64,000 nucleotides of DNA from assembly GCF_021869535.1 (NCBI RefSeq), contig NW_026262734.1, forward strand, positions 69,440,001 to 69,504,000. Reading direction: 5' to 3'. This DNA is from Mytilus californianus (lineage: Eukaryota). Below are positions 35,046 to 47,588 of this stretch, one piece after another (the stretch's first letter is position 1; every line of letters begins with the position of its first letter). The notes beneath the pieces are model-generated. The model saw nothing but the letters and a program-made list of their open reading frames with translations, was not told the origin of the DNA and ran no database searches. A program made the translations under genes and the position numbers.

Positions 35046-37435
35046 ATGATCATCTATTGACAATCAAAAATAATTACCATAAAGTCAAAGAAAGTATCTT
35101 CTTATAAAGTAATAAACAGTGAAAATGATCAATCTTCCTGATGTATAATTACTTTTTAAAAGAAAAGTAATAGTTGTGCCAATTCTTATAGGTTAAAACG
35201 TTTCACCTATAGTTTCAATGAAAACAAAAATCAAATGTTCTATTGTTCTTCTCATTAAAGTTAGAAAGGTTTTTCCAAAGGTAAATGATGAGAGAGAAAA
35301 CCTTTATTAATTTTTTTTTTATCTCATATGCATAAATTGACTTTGTATGAAGGAAAAACAAGATCTTTTGAAACAGGACAATACATGGAACTTGGTGCAA
35401 ATAATTAAAACATGATTTTTCTGCTGTAACTTTTTGGAGGCTAGACACAGTAACTTTAAGTTGCATATTTTAAACTATTTTTTAAATGTATTGGGTTTGT
35501 TATTCCCTGAAATGTTGGAAAATATATGTTTTGATTTTGATTCCTATAGGTGAGGAAATTTACGTGACTAGAATATTATAAATGCTATGTATTATGAGAA
35601 AATTTTCTTGTAATCAATAACTAAATTTTTTGTATTACAATATGTTTAGAATAAAACTCAATGTTTATGATGTATGAGAGTTTTGACCAAGTTTATGGCA
35701 GCTTAAAATGTCAGTTTTGAACATTTTCAGAGGGAAACATTGTACATGTTGACCTAGTATCTAATTATAAATGCATTTTCCTATTTTGTTCACCAGTTTT
35801 CATTTCATGATCACTTTCCTTTGTGACGTATTATAAGTTCAGTATTTTGTACATGTATGTCTGTATTGAATAACATGTATATGTATGAATGCATTCCTTT
35901 TTTACCTTCTTTGATAGACATTTACTGATACAGATTTATTATATATAAAACATGTATTTGGATACTAAGTTGTTTTGGAAAAGTTTAAATTTCATTGCTT
36001 TATTTTGCATATATACATATATATATAAAAGTATTAATCTCAGGAAAAGGTGATTTTTGTTCTAACAGAAAGTTGATGGGTTTATGTTTTTATCAAATGA
36101 AAACTGAAGCAAAGCAAAGCAAAGCTAACGTATATGGCTATTGGAAGATTATTGAAAAGGCCAATAAACTGCCATTTTACATGAAGTGACATGAACTATT
36201 TGTGACATTATACTGAAATGTAAAAGTGTTCAAAGAAAACTAATCATTTAATTTTTAGCTCAACTGTCCCAAAGGGTAAAAATGTTTAAAATTTTTTTTA
36301 TCGTCTTAAAGAAAGTGTACATTTTATTGTCATGCACCAAAAATTACCGTTAACGTCATTTGGCAAGATTTTTTACCGTTATTCGTCATGAAGGTACCCC
36401 CATTACGACCCTCTTAGAAGTTTACAGCTACATAGTCTAACTTTCTATTAAACCTGTATTTTCTCATAATCTGTTGAAAGCTGTATTTAAATTTTTTTAA
36501 TTGTAATTAGTTTTTTATGTTTAGCTTACTGTTATATTGATTTCATTTAGTTGATATTTTTATTGAAAGATCTGCCCATACTTTAGGTCTGTAAATGTCT
36601 ACTCATTTCTTTTTCACAATGTCTGTTTTTATAATAAAAACGAGAACAAAATGAAATCTCATAGATTTATATTATACACTGAGTGTATTTTTGGCTTGAT
36701 TAACAGGTTAATAACTTAGTAAGTATTGTGTGTGAATCTGTTTAAATTATTAAGAACTTTTTCATACATTAATGCTCAAAACATAAAAGATCTGGTTATA
36801 TTTTTGTTTAAAAGTGGTCAACTTACTTTATATTAAAAATTCTAAGAATTTTATCTATGCAGAATTACTTTTTGGTTGGAATGAATATTATAAGATATTG
36901 TGATTGCAATTTTTTTTTATTAGAACCAATGCTGATTCATACAGTTAAATTTACTTCATCAGACACCTCTGTAAAGCAAGTTTCTAATATAGGTCGCAAA
37001 GTGAATTTCAATTTGCTGTTATGGAGACTCACACATACACAACTTTACTTTAGCTTTATTCAATTTAATTTATTTCTTTTTGTTTTCTTTGATGCATTTC
37101 TATTTTAGATCATTTTAATTCATCTATATTATAAATCCCTGAATCATGATTTTTTTCAATCGTGGTCTTAACTTTTTAAAGTGAATTGATAAAAAATCGC
37201 AATAAGTTCCAGTATGTATAAAACAAAAACTAATAAAGACAGTAATTATGCTAGAAATGCATAAATGTAGGTACTGGTATTTACTTAGAACATGTATCTA
37301 CAAATTGGTTTTCAAAAATGTAATAAATTTAGTACCTTATAAAATTGTAGGTATTAAAGTAGCAAATAGAAGTATTTGCAAGTACAGCTAAATCACAGAA
37401 GAATTTTAACAAATAAATGATTTATTTTTGATAGT

Positions 37436-37990
37436 ATAGAGAATGGAAACGGGACGTGTCAAAGAGACAACAATGGGTCTTCAAAGCAGTGAGAAAATCC
37501 CGCAACCGAAGGTAGGCTTCAAAAGGCCTAAACAATGATGTTTACTATTTCAGGTAAATAGATGCCTCATTAAACTCTTAAACATACAAATGAACCAAAA
37601 TTTTAAAAAAACACCCAAAGACTCAGGACTCAGGAACCTCTAGCCTTTGTTAGTCTCGTTTGTAATTTTTAATTTTGGTTCATTTGTATGTTTCAGAGTT
37701 TAGTGTGCTGTCTATTTGGTTGAACTAGTATACATTATTGTTTAGGAGCCAATTGAAGCCATCTCAGGGTGTTGGCAGGAAATGATTCTCTCTAGATTTT
37801 TCATTCATTTAACATGGGCACCTTTTTCTTTCAAAACCATCTGGGTGCAGGATTGGTGGCCTTGAGCTATTTTCTGCTCTTAATTACCAATGCTTAGAAG
37901 TTTACAGCTACATAGTCTAACTTTATGTTCAACCAGTATTTTCTCATAATCTGTTGTCTCTTTGACACATTCCCTGTTTCCAATCTCTAT
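37436..37990. repeat. Rearranged fragments of the Penelope-like 3' repeat
   Basis: gaatggaaac...gtcaaagagacaac block, followed by pieces in the opposite orientation (ctgttgtctctttgacacattccc). Confidence 0.55.
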
Positions 37991-39544
37991 TCTAATCCTT
38001 TATCATGGTTTTATTCTGGAAATCTTATTAGTGCATATTATCAGGAGCTTAATTCTTATTTTAAAATTACATAGAAAATGATAGGTAGTTGAAATTATTC
38101 ATTCTTTCATCTATTTAGAATAATTTTAAAATGTAATTGTGATCAAATATTTAATGAAATCCAAATAAATTGAGGGATAAATAAACAGCAGGTTTAATTT
38201 CTTTATTATCGAAACATGTTGTTTTTTGTCACTGTAGTTTCTGTTGGTATTAGTTAATAAGTTCAGAAAGTTCTACTTTGCTAGAAATTTGTGGGTAAGG
38301 CCCAGCAGTCCTTGAAGTTATACTTGAGCAACAGTCTGAAGGTATCAAGTAAAGGTATTACATGTTTCTGTTGCCTTCCACTAAAGTTATTTATGGTCAG
38401 AGAGATATAAGTATTACTTTTCCAATGGTGTAGCAATGATTAAAGAATTCAAAATAACTTCAAGCTGGTTTGCACATAAGTCATTTAAATATATGCTAAA
38501 CATCATTTTAAATTAATTGACTGTTATGTTGCACAAAGATTTGTTAAGGAATTTCACTCCTCTTTTTCAAAATAACAAGATTTAAAAAAAAAGACAATTA
38601 TAAATTGATAGTATATAAATAATGGAACTTAAAAAGTAGAAAAAAAATGACAGGGATGTGTCCTTGTTTTTAAGATACAATCAATTAAAAAGTTGGCGGG
38701 AAATGATTCTCTCTTGAGTTTTCATTCATTTAACATAGGCACCTTTTTCTTTCAAAAACTATGAAAAAATAACAATAAGGATTTTATAAAATTTTCAAAT
38801 ATGGCTTTTTAAACTATATGCAATTGAATTATGAAAGTAAAGTAGAGGTTAGCGAGCAACATTTTTATTGGCATTACATGGATAAAACTAGAGGATTCCG
38901 AATACATGTATCTGACAAAAAGTCAAAAACATGCCAGAAAAGGAGCTTCGTTCCAGGTATAGATATAGATTTTGGAAGACAGTTCATCTAAAGAATAGCA
39001 ACTATTGTCCGTAATGACATGATGATTTTAAAAAATTTTTTGTCACTTCTTGGTTATTGCTTCAAAAATTATAGAAGCTAGCTTAATATTGTAAATAGCA
39101 AAAATATTCAACAAGGCAAGTTCTACCTACTCGAAAATTTCGGAAAAAAACAACACTATATGGAGTTATTGGCTATGAAATATAAGTTCATACCAATTTC
39201 TACAGTTTTGACTGTTATCGTTAAAACTAGGAGCTAGTAGGCAAAAAAGGATAAATTTCAAAAATGATCATCACAACAATATGTATCTGCCCTGATCCAA
39301 CAACCATTTTTTGAAGTAATTTCCCCTGAAATAACTGATTTTTTTCATTTTTTGGCTTTTGGAATATGACAGGAGCTAGAATAAAAGTTTAAATTATAAA
39401 ACTGAACAGCAAAGCAAGAAGATATCTAGTTACTCTGAAAATTTCGAAATGAATTTAAAACTGGTTCTGGAGTTACTGCCACTGAAATATCGATTTTTAC
39501 TGGGATGTTTTGCAGTTTTTGTCTGTTATCTCAAAAAACTGTAA

Positions 39545-39812
39545 GTGGCCGAGTAGTTGAAGTAGTTCATCTGATACTGTAACACTAGCCAGTCAACATT
39601 GAGGTGAGTATGAACCCTTACATGGCAGGTGCGTTTGACTCCAATCTTTGTTGATAATGACCGTTATCCTGCAGGAGGTGGTGGTTCTCTCAGGGCACTA
39701 CTTTTCCTCCACCAATAAAAACTGGCCGTACGAAATAGCCGATAGTACTGAAAATGGTATTAAACACCAAATATCAATATCAATTAATCATTCAATCAAT
39801 CAATCAATCAAT
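39545..39812 (+). mobile_element. Second copy of the tRNA-derived SINE
   Basis: Colinear with 34790-35045, (TCAA)n tail. Confidence 0.72.
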
Positions 39813-41028
39813 TCAAATCTGTAGGAGCTAGGTTTAAAGTGTAAAATGTAAAAGTAATCAGCAACACAAAAATAACTAGTACTGGGTATATGCAACTATT
39901 TTCAAGCCGAAGAAGTGTCTTCAGAAACAGGTGTGTGTCATAGTAACTATTATAAAAGCCGAAAGTTCCACAATATATTTGGGTGGATTGGTTGCTAAAG
40001 CATGCCTGTCTGGCATATGACATTGATCTCATTTCACACACCTGTGTTAAAGTAAGTAGACGTAGATAAAAAATTACGCTATGTCATTCTGCCATTGATT
40101 TCAATTTAGTTACTCAAGCAGTCAAAAGAAGTTTTGTATTCTGTAAATATGAATTTTAGGTCAAATATTTTTGTCATGGTGATTGGATTTGAGGGTTCAC
40201 CCTGCTTGCACATTTTCTGATCTGTCGCTTGTCTAATTTTCCTACTAATTTGCCGAGGTTTCCAACAAAAGCTATGGTGTCATACGAAACACCGCAAAAA
40301 TTTAAAAAAAATATGAAAATTCTATAACATAATTCTTAAATGCTCGTTTCGTTATTCTCAGTCGTAGATTCCATTTTCCATAGTAAGTAACATTCCATTC
40401 TCCATAGTAAGTAACATTGCTCGGACAACTTTTGACAAAGACCGCAAAGAAACTACGACGTAGTGAGTCAATAATAAGAGAGAGGCAGAAGATATCAAAC
40501 GAATATTCAAACTCACAATTCGAAGACAAACTAACAATGCCATGGCAAAGACCCCAAAAAAACACACCATAGAAAACCAAGGACCGAGCAACTCGAATCC
40601 CATCAAAACCGGGGGTGATCTCAGTGCTCCGGAAGGGTATCATTATCTATCTCACAGTTTTTTTGAAGCAGTATACCTTTTAATGTTTGAAGTCATATTT
40701 TGGTTCAGTAGAATTATCTTACTTAGACGCGTACGTGGGTGAGGACCTTTTTCGTTTCTATATTCTTTTGATTTGAATATAAACTATTATATTGTGATAT
40801 CAGTGACTTCATACAAAACAAAAATCCTTCAAAAACAGCAGTTCCCAATTCTTGTAGAATCCCCCCACAAATCTTTTTTATAAGCTTTAACAAATGTTTA
40901 CAACAGTTGTTTACCTTGCATCATATGACTGTTCTATTAATGTCCTTTTTGGTTATGGTGCTCTCAATATGTATTTACATGTCTTCCTATATTTTGTTCT
41001 CAAATCTCGTACATTGAAATGAGTGTTT

Positions 41029-41058
<30 letters not shown>

Positions 41059-41059
<1 letters not shown>

Positions 41060-42120
41060 GTAGGACTCAAATCTATGGTGGGTTCAAGATCTATGGCAGA
41101 TTTCAAATCTATGGCAAATATGACGTCACAAACACCATACAAATCACAAATCTAGGGCAGTTTTATGTTTTCTCCAAATCTATGGCAGATTTTGAAATTG
41201 CGTAATTGTCCATGGAAGAGTTAACTATAGCGTCACAATTTAAATAACGTCACATTACCCGGGACTCACAGAATTTTACAAACAAATACACAGCTAGGGA
41301 AACACTTTCCGTTTCCCCTCTTGATGGTTTACAGGAAGATGTGGCATTTTAACCAGAGGAGAGACATTATGTGCTGTACCGTCCTAATCCCGCGATGAAT
41401 AAAGGCAACACTATTTTTAGAAGCGAATATTTCAGGAAAGAAATTATATAGTTAATAGTTTAGCATCTACGGCTTGCAAAGTACATAAAGTGAAGGATGA
41501 AATAACAGGATACCACTTTGACTTAAATTGTTATCAGTTAAAAAAGATTTATTAAAACCAAAATAAATATTATATAAAAAGGCAAATTGTTTAATTCTTT
41601 TTATTCAAACTGCATTTTGGTTTGTTAATGGACTTCATTTTGACTAGTTGGTTAAATGACTGGGTAAAACAAGTGCCGTGTACAGAGTAGGGAATGCTTA
41701 TCTTCCCGGGGCACATCATTTCACTTCTAAAGTTTGTTTCAGTGTATATCACTTCCTCACGTAGGAAATATTATGGTCGCCATCACAATTTGTTTGACCG
41801 TTATGGAAGGTCCAATTCACAGAATGAGATGGTTATGAATATGCTCCCGTTGTCGTACTCCTAATCCGTTTTTCTAATACTGACTAATAATTACTAAAGG
41901 CTTTTTCGTTACCTTTGGACATTGCGACGGGTGCCGCATTATCATGCTATAGATTTGGAAACTAGAAAATCCACCATAGATTAGGTCACTACAAAATTTC
42001 CCATAGATTTGCATTTAAAAAAAAAAATCTGCCATAGATTTGGAATGGCATGACGTCATATTTACCATAGATTGGGAATCTGCCATAGATCTGGAACCCG
42101 CCATGGATGTGAGTCCTACA
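41059..42120. mobile_element. 1.06-kb MITE with ~70-bp TIRs, TGT...ACA ends and TATA flanks (possibly Ginger-type)
   Basis: The left TGTAGGACTCAAATCTATGGTGGGTTCAAGATCTATGGCAG...ATGACGTCA is mirrored at the right end, with AATCTATGG/CCATAGATT subterminal repeats. Confidence 0.82.
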
Positions 42121-42603
42121 TATATACTAGTATGTGATACTCAAATAAAGGCTTATGAGTTGTAGTTTCCTGGCTGACCTTCAATCTTCCTTTTTTTTAT
42201 TTTGTTGTTGATATGTATAAAAGGGAAACTACAACTTGAAGCAGTATACCTTTTTTAATGTGTGAAGTCATATTTTGGTTCAGTCGAATTTTCTTACTTA
42301 GACGCGTACGCTGGTGAGGACCTTTTTCGTTTCTATATTCTTTTGATTTGAATATAAACTATTATATTGTGATATCAGTGACTTCATACAAAACAAAAAT
42401 CCTTCAAAAACAGCAGTTCCCAATTCTTGTAGAATCCCCCCACAAATCTTTTTTATAAGCTTTAACAAATGTTTACAACAGTTGTTTACCTTACATCATA
42501 TGACTGTTCTATTAATGTCCTTTTTGGTTATGGTGCTCTCAATATGTATTTACATGTCTTCCTATATTTTGTTCTCAAATCTCGTACATTGAAATGAGTG
42601 TTT

Positions 42604-42633
<30 letters not shown>

Positions 42634-42634
<1 letters not shown>

Positions 42635-43699
42635 GTAGGACTCAAATCTATGGTGGGTTCAAGATCTATGGCAGATTTCAAATCTATGGCAAATATGACG
42701 TCACAAACACCATACAAATCACAAATCTAGGGCAGTTTTATGTTTTCTCCAAATCTATGGCAGATTTTGAAATTGCGTAATTGTCCATGGAAGAGTTAAC
42801 TATAGCGTCACAATTTAAATAACGTCACATTTAATACCCGGGACTCACAGAATTTTACAAACAAATACACAGCTAGGGAAACACTTTCCGTTTCCCCTCT
42901 TGATGGTTTACAGGAAGATGTGGCATTTTAACCAGAGGAGAGACATTATGTGCTGTACCGTCCTAATCCCGCGATGAATAAAGGCAACACTATTTTTAGA
43001 AGCGAATATTTCAGGAAAGAAATTATATAGTTAATAGTTTAGCATCTACGGCTTGCAAAGTACATAAAGTGAAGGATGAAATAACAGGATACCACTTTGA
43101 CTTAAATTGTTATCAGTTAAAAAAGATTTATTAAAACCAAAATAAATATTATATAAAAAGGCAAATTGTTTAATTCTTTTTATTCAAACTGCATTTTGGT
43201 TTGTTAATGGACTTCATTTTGACTAGTTGGTTAAATGACTGGGTAAAACAAGTGCCGTGTACAGAGTAGGGAATGCTTATCTTCCCGGGGCACATCATTT
43301 CACTTCTAAAGTTTGTTTCAGTGTATATCACTTCCTCACTTAGGAAATATTATGGTCGCCATCACAATTTGTTTGACCGTTATGGAAGGTCCAATTCACA
43401 GAATGAGATGGTTATGAATATGCTCCCGTTGTCGTACTCCTAATCCGTTTTTCTAATACTGACTAATAATTACTAAAGGCTTTTTCGTTACCTTTGGACA
43501 TTGCGACGGGTGCCGCATTATCATGCTATAGATTTGGAAACTAGAAAATCCACCATAGATTAGGTCACTACAAAATTTCCCATAGATTTGCATTTAAAAA
43601 AAAAAATCTGCCATAGATTTGGAATGGCATGACGTCATATTTACCATAGATTGGGAATCTGCCATAGATCTGGAACCCGCCATGGATGTGAGTCCTACA
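42634..43699. mobile_element. Second copy of the same MITE, duplicated together with its flanks
   Basis: Same termini and same flanking DNA as 41059-42120. Confidence 0.82.
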
Positions 43700-44984
43700 T
43701 ATATACTAGTATGTGATACTCAAATAAAGGCTTATGAGTTGTAGTTTCCTGGCTGACCTTCAATCTTCCTTTTTTTTATTTTGTTGTTGATATGTATAAA
43801 AGGGAAACTACAACTTGAAGCAGTATACCTTTTTTAATGTGTGAAGTCATATTTTGGTTCAGTCGAATTTTCTTACTTAGACGCGTACGCTGGTGAGGAC
43901 CTTTTTCGTTTCTATATTCTTTTGATTCGAATATAAACTATTATATTGCGATATCCGCAGTGACTTCATACAAAACAAAAATCCTTCAAAAACAGTAATT
44001 CCCAATAAGGAATATGTGTAATCGTTATCAAACGCTACAGCCTAAAAGTTACTTGTCGGTTTCAGACCTTAAGGTTTATGACCCCTTCTGTGGGCTGTGG
44101 TCCTGTGTTTTCAAAGTGCTACAATATCAAAACAGTCAAAATTCAGAAAAAAGTGACATGCCATTTTGTGTGTATACCAAAGGGAAACGTTGCTAAAAGC
44201 AATATTGTTAAATGTTTCATTGCATTTAATAGAAAATGGAGATTTAATGGCAAATAAAACCAATACTTTTGAAAAAAAAACACCGACTTTATTACAGATA
44301 TTTTCGTTATAAAATTTTAAACATTACTCACTTGTTTGTCCATGATGTGGTAGCGTTTATTGTTTACATAAAGTTCTTAACAACCTTTACAATAAAAAAA
44401 AATCGTGATAAGTCACTATAAAGTCGAGCGCATCCCAGAAAGTGTACTTGAATAAGTCCTGATATAAGTCCATTTTTATACTTGTTTTAACCAATATCTT
44501 TATTTATGTACTTGTTTTAGAGAAATCATTGCTAGCTCTGCATGCTATAATCCTCTATCTATTAAACACCGAATTGTCAAATATAGGAGTACTAAGGGGA
44601 AGGCAACGGCCTTTTTTCTTCATAAAATTTCCATATGTTTAGCATTGAAACAATAAAAGGGTACATCATCCTTAATTGTCAGTATACTTATATAAGATCC
44701 GATCTCAATTTACAATTTGGTGATAAACCAAGACAAGCCTTTTACAAAAGTAAAACTTGTTTTTATATTAGCGTTCGCACATACAATTTCTATACTATGC
44801 AAAATTGAAAAAATGTGAATTGTATATTTCGAAAAATGCCGATTGTATGATAAAATTCGATCTAACCGTTTGATCGTAACGGAAAGTTACGTAAATAATA
44901 CCAGTAACGTGATGCTTTACACAGTTTCGTATAAAATACTAGTGGTGTTTTCCAGGGTTAAAAATAGAAAAAGCTGGGGGTTCC

Positions 44985-44986
<2 letters not shown>

Positions 44987-45015
<29 letters not shown>

Positions 45016-45077
45016 AGCGTCGAGCTCGGTTAGTACTTGGATGGGTGACCGCCTGGGAATACCGGGTGTTGTAGACA
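44987..45077 (+). pseudogene. 5'-truncated 5S rRNA gene (nt 29-119) at the array edge
   Basis: Matches the intact copies from CGGTTCTCG onward. The first 28 nt and the upstream TATA are replaced by unrelated DNA. Confidence 0.93.
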
Positions 45078-45539
45078 TTCCTTTTTGTAATTATTTAGTC
45101 TGTTCATATCTTCTTTCTCCTAAACTTGTCATCCATTTTTTTCTATTTTTTTCTTCGTATTATCTTGTCCTTGTTCGTTTCCCTTGATGAAAACTGTTTT
45201 AAAAAGGGCGACAGACGAATTCCTAAGTCACTACAGTTCTTATAACAACTATACCGGTAGATTTATCAAATTAGAAAAAAACACGAATTGTTTATAATCG
45301 TTGCGCTTTGACTGCAATATGAGTTAAAAAAGGATGTACGTCCTCTCCATTGTCGAATATTGTCATAGCGACGTTATGCGAAATCGAGAACACAGAAAGC
45401 TCGTGGCTGGTTTGGTAAGTCTTTAGAACGTGAGCACAAAACTAATTTCAAATGCTGTTATGTAGCTACAATAACAGCTTTTTTTTCAACGAATCTTTGA
45501 GAAAAAGTGCGATTGGGCAGAATATGTTGTAAGGCTAGT

Positions 45540-45544
45540 AAAAA
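45540..45544 (-). terminator. Pol III T5 terminator of tRNA-Arg (repeats every 983 bp)
   Basis: Minus strand GACAA-TTTTT, 5 nt after the discriminator base. Confidence 0.7.
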
Positions 45545-45549
45545 TTGTC

Positions 45550-45622
45550 TACCTCCGACGGGACTCGAACCCGCAATCCCCGGCTTAGGAGGCCGGTGCC
45601 TTATCCATTGGGCCACGGAGGC
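45550..45622 (-). tRNA. tRNA-Arg (anticodon CCT)
   Basis: GCCTCCG-TG-GCCCAATGGATAAGGC-A-CCGGC-CTCCTAA-GCCGG-GGATT-GCGGG-TTCGAGT-CCCGT-CGGAGGT-A: 73-nt cloverleaf with intact A and B boxes. Confidence 0.97.
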
Positions 45623-45913
45623 GTATGTAGTTGTGCATTTTAATACCCATGCAATTCGTGGACGTCGTTTCTGTAAATTCGCACATATCCTTGAAATCAA
45701 CTTTCTAGTGAACTTGAAAAATAATAATAAGGAGGGCAGAAACTACAAAAAGAAAACTGCATTTTAAGTTTAATTGACTTAGACCACCATAGATCGATCT
45801 CATATGAATATAAACTTCAGCAGTTTTTTTTAAGTTTTCTGTATAAAAATCCTATGTCGAAATTATTTCTATTTTCAATATTAAAGCGATAAGTCTCCGG
45901 CGTTTCTTAGCTT

Positions 45914-45919
45914 TATATA
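45914..45919 (+). promoter_or_regulatory. TATA-like element at -28 to -23 of 5S (repeats every 983 bp)
   Basis: TATATA upstream of GTCTACGACC. Confidence 0.6.
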
Positions 45920-45941
45920 CCTTTATTTTAGACACAATTGT

Positions 45942-46060
45942 GTCTACGACCATATCACGCTGAAAACACCGGTTCTCGTCCGATCACCGAAGTTAAGCAG
46001 CGTCGAGCTCGGTTAGTACTTGGATGGGTGACCGCCTGGGAATACCGGGTGTTGTAGACA
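45942..46060 (+). rRNA. 5S rRNA
   Basis: 119-nt GTCTACGACCATATCACG...GTTGTAGACA with the internal control region (AGTTAAGC...GTACTTGGATGGGTGACC). Confidence 0.98.
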
Positions 46061-46064
46061 TTCC

Positions 46065-46069
46065 TTTTT
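46065..46069 (+). terminator. Pol III T5 terminator of 5S (repeats every 983 bp)
   Basis: ...GTAGACATTCC-TTTTT. Confidence 0.75.
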
Positions 46070-46532
46070 GTAATTATTTAGTCTGTTCATATCTTCTTTC
46101 TCCTAAACTTGTCATCCATTTTTTTCTATTTTTTTCTTCGTATTATCTTGTCCTTGTTCGTTTCCCTTGATGAAAACTGTTTTAAAAAGGGCGACAGACG
46201 AATTCCTAAGTCACTACAGTTCTTATAACAACTATACCGGTAGATTTATCAAATTAGAAAAAAACACGAATTGTTTATAATCGTTGCGCTTTGACTGCAA
46301 TATGAGTTAAAAAAGGATGTACGTCCTCTCCATTGTCGAATATTGTCATAGCGACGTTATGCGAAATCGAGAACACAGAAAGCTCGTGGCTGGTTTGGTA
46401 AGTCTTTAGAACGTGAGCACAAAACTAATTTCAAATGCTGTTATGTAGCTACAATAACAGCTTTTTTTTCAACGAATCTTTGAGAAAAAGTGCGATTGGG
46501 CAGAATATGTTGTAAGGCTAGTAAAAATTGTC

Positions 46533-46605
46533 TACCTCCGACGGGACTCGAACCCGCAATCCCCGGCTTAGGAGGCCGGTGCCTTATCCATTGGGCCACG
46601 GAGGC
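46533..46605 (-). tRNA. tRNA-Arg(CCT)
   Basis: Array copy. Confidence 0.97.
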
Positions 46606-46924
46606 GTATGTAGTTGTGCATTTTAATACCCATGCAATTCGTGGACGTCGTTTCTGTAAATTCGCACATATCCTTGAAATCAACTTTCTAGTGAACTTGA
46701 AAAATAATAATAAGGAGGGCAGAAACTACAAAAAGAAAACTGCATTTTAAGTTTAATTGACTTAGACCACCATAGATCGATCTCATATGAATATAAACTT
46801 CAGCAGTTTTTTTTAAGTTTTCTGTATAAAAATCCTATGTCGAAATTATTTCTATTTTCAATATTAAAGCGATAAGTCTCCGGCGTTTCTTAGCTTTATA
46901 TACCTTTATTTTAGACACAATTGT

Positions 46925-47043
46925 GTCTACGACCATATCACGCTGAAAACACCGGTTCTCGTCCGATCACCGAAGTTAAGCAGCGTCGAGCTCGGTTAGT
47001 ACTTGGATGGGTGACCGCCTGGGAATACCGGGTGTTGTAGACA
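46925..47043 (+). rRNA. 5S rRNA
   Basis: Array copy. Confidence 0.98.
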
Positions 47044-47515
47044 TTCCTTTTTGTAATTATTTAGTCTGTTCATATCTTCTTTCTCCTAAACTTGTCATCC
47101 ATTTTTTTCTATTTTTTTCTTCGTATTATCTTGTCCTTGTTCGTTTCCCTTGATGAAAACTGTTTTAAAAAGGGCGACAGACGAATTCCTAAGTCACTAC
47201 AGTTCTTATAACAACTATACCGGTAGATTTATCAAATTAGAAAAAAACACGAATTGTTTATAATCGTTGCGCTTTGACTGCAATATGAGTTAAAAAAGGA
47301 TGTACGTCCTCTCCATTGTCGAATATTGTCATAGCGACGTTATGCGAAATCGAGAACACAGAAAGCTCGTGGCTGGTTTGGTAAGTCTTTAGAACGTGAG
47401 CACAAAACTAATTTCAAATGCTGTTATGTAGCTACAATAACAGCTTTTTTTTCAACGAATCTTTGAGAAAAAGTGCGATTGGGCAGAATATGTTGTAAGG
47501 CTAGTAAAAATTGTC

Positions 47516-47588
47516 TACCTCCGACGGGACTCGAACCCGCAATCCCCGGCTTAGGAGGCCGGTGCCTTATCCATTGGGCCACGGAGGC
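47516..47588 (-). tRNA. tRNA-Arg(CCT)
   Basis: Array copy. Confidence 0.97.

Larger units (their letters stand above)
40663..44006. repeat. Tandem segmental duplication of a ~1.58-kb unit (40663-42235, 42236-43814, partial 43815-44006)
   Basis: Identical ORFs at 41023 and 42598. The units differ only by small indels and a few SNPs. Confidence 0.93.

Noticed and set aside
41023-42780. Duplicate 60-aa ORFs MFFIYIYIYIYIC...
   Set aside because: They are read through a (TA)n tract and a MITE terminal repeat
45385-45445. A-box-like GTGGCTGGTTTGG in the array spacer, suggesting a third Pol III gene
   Set aside because: There is no B box or cloverleaf, and no recognisable snRNA or SL RNA motif
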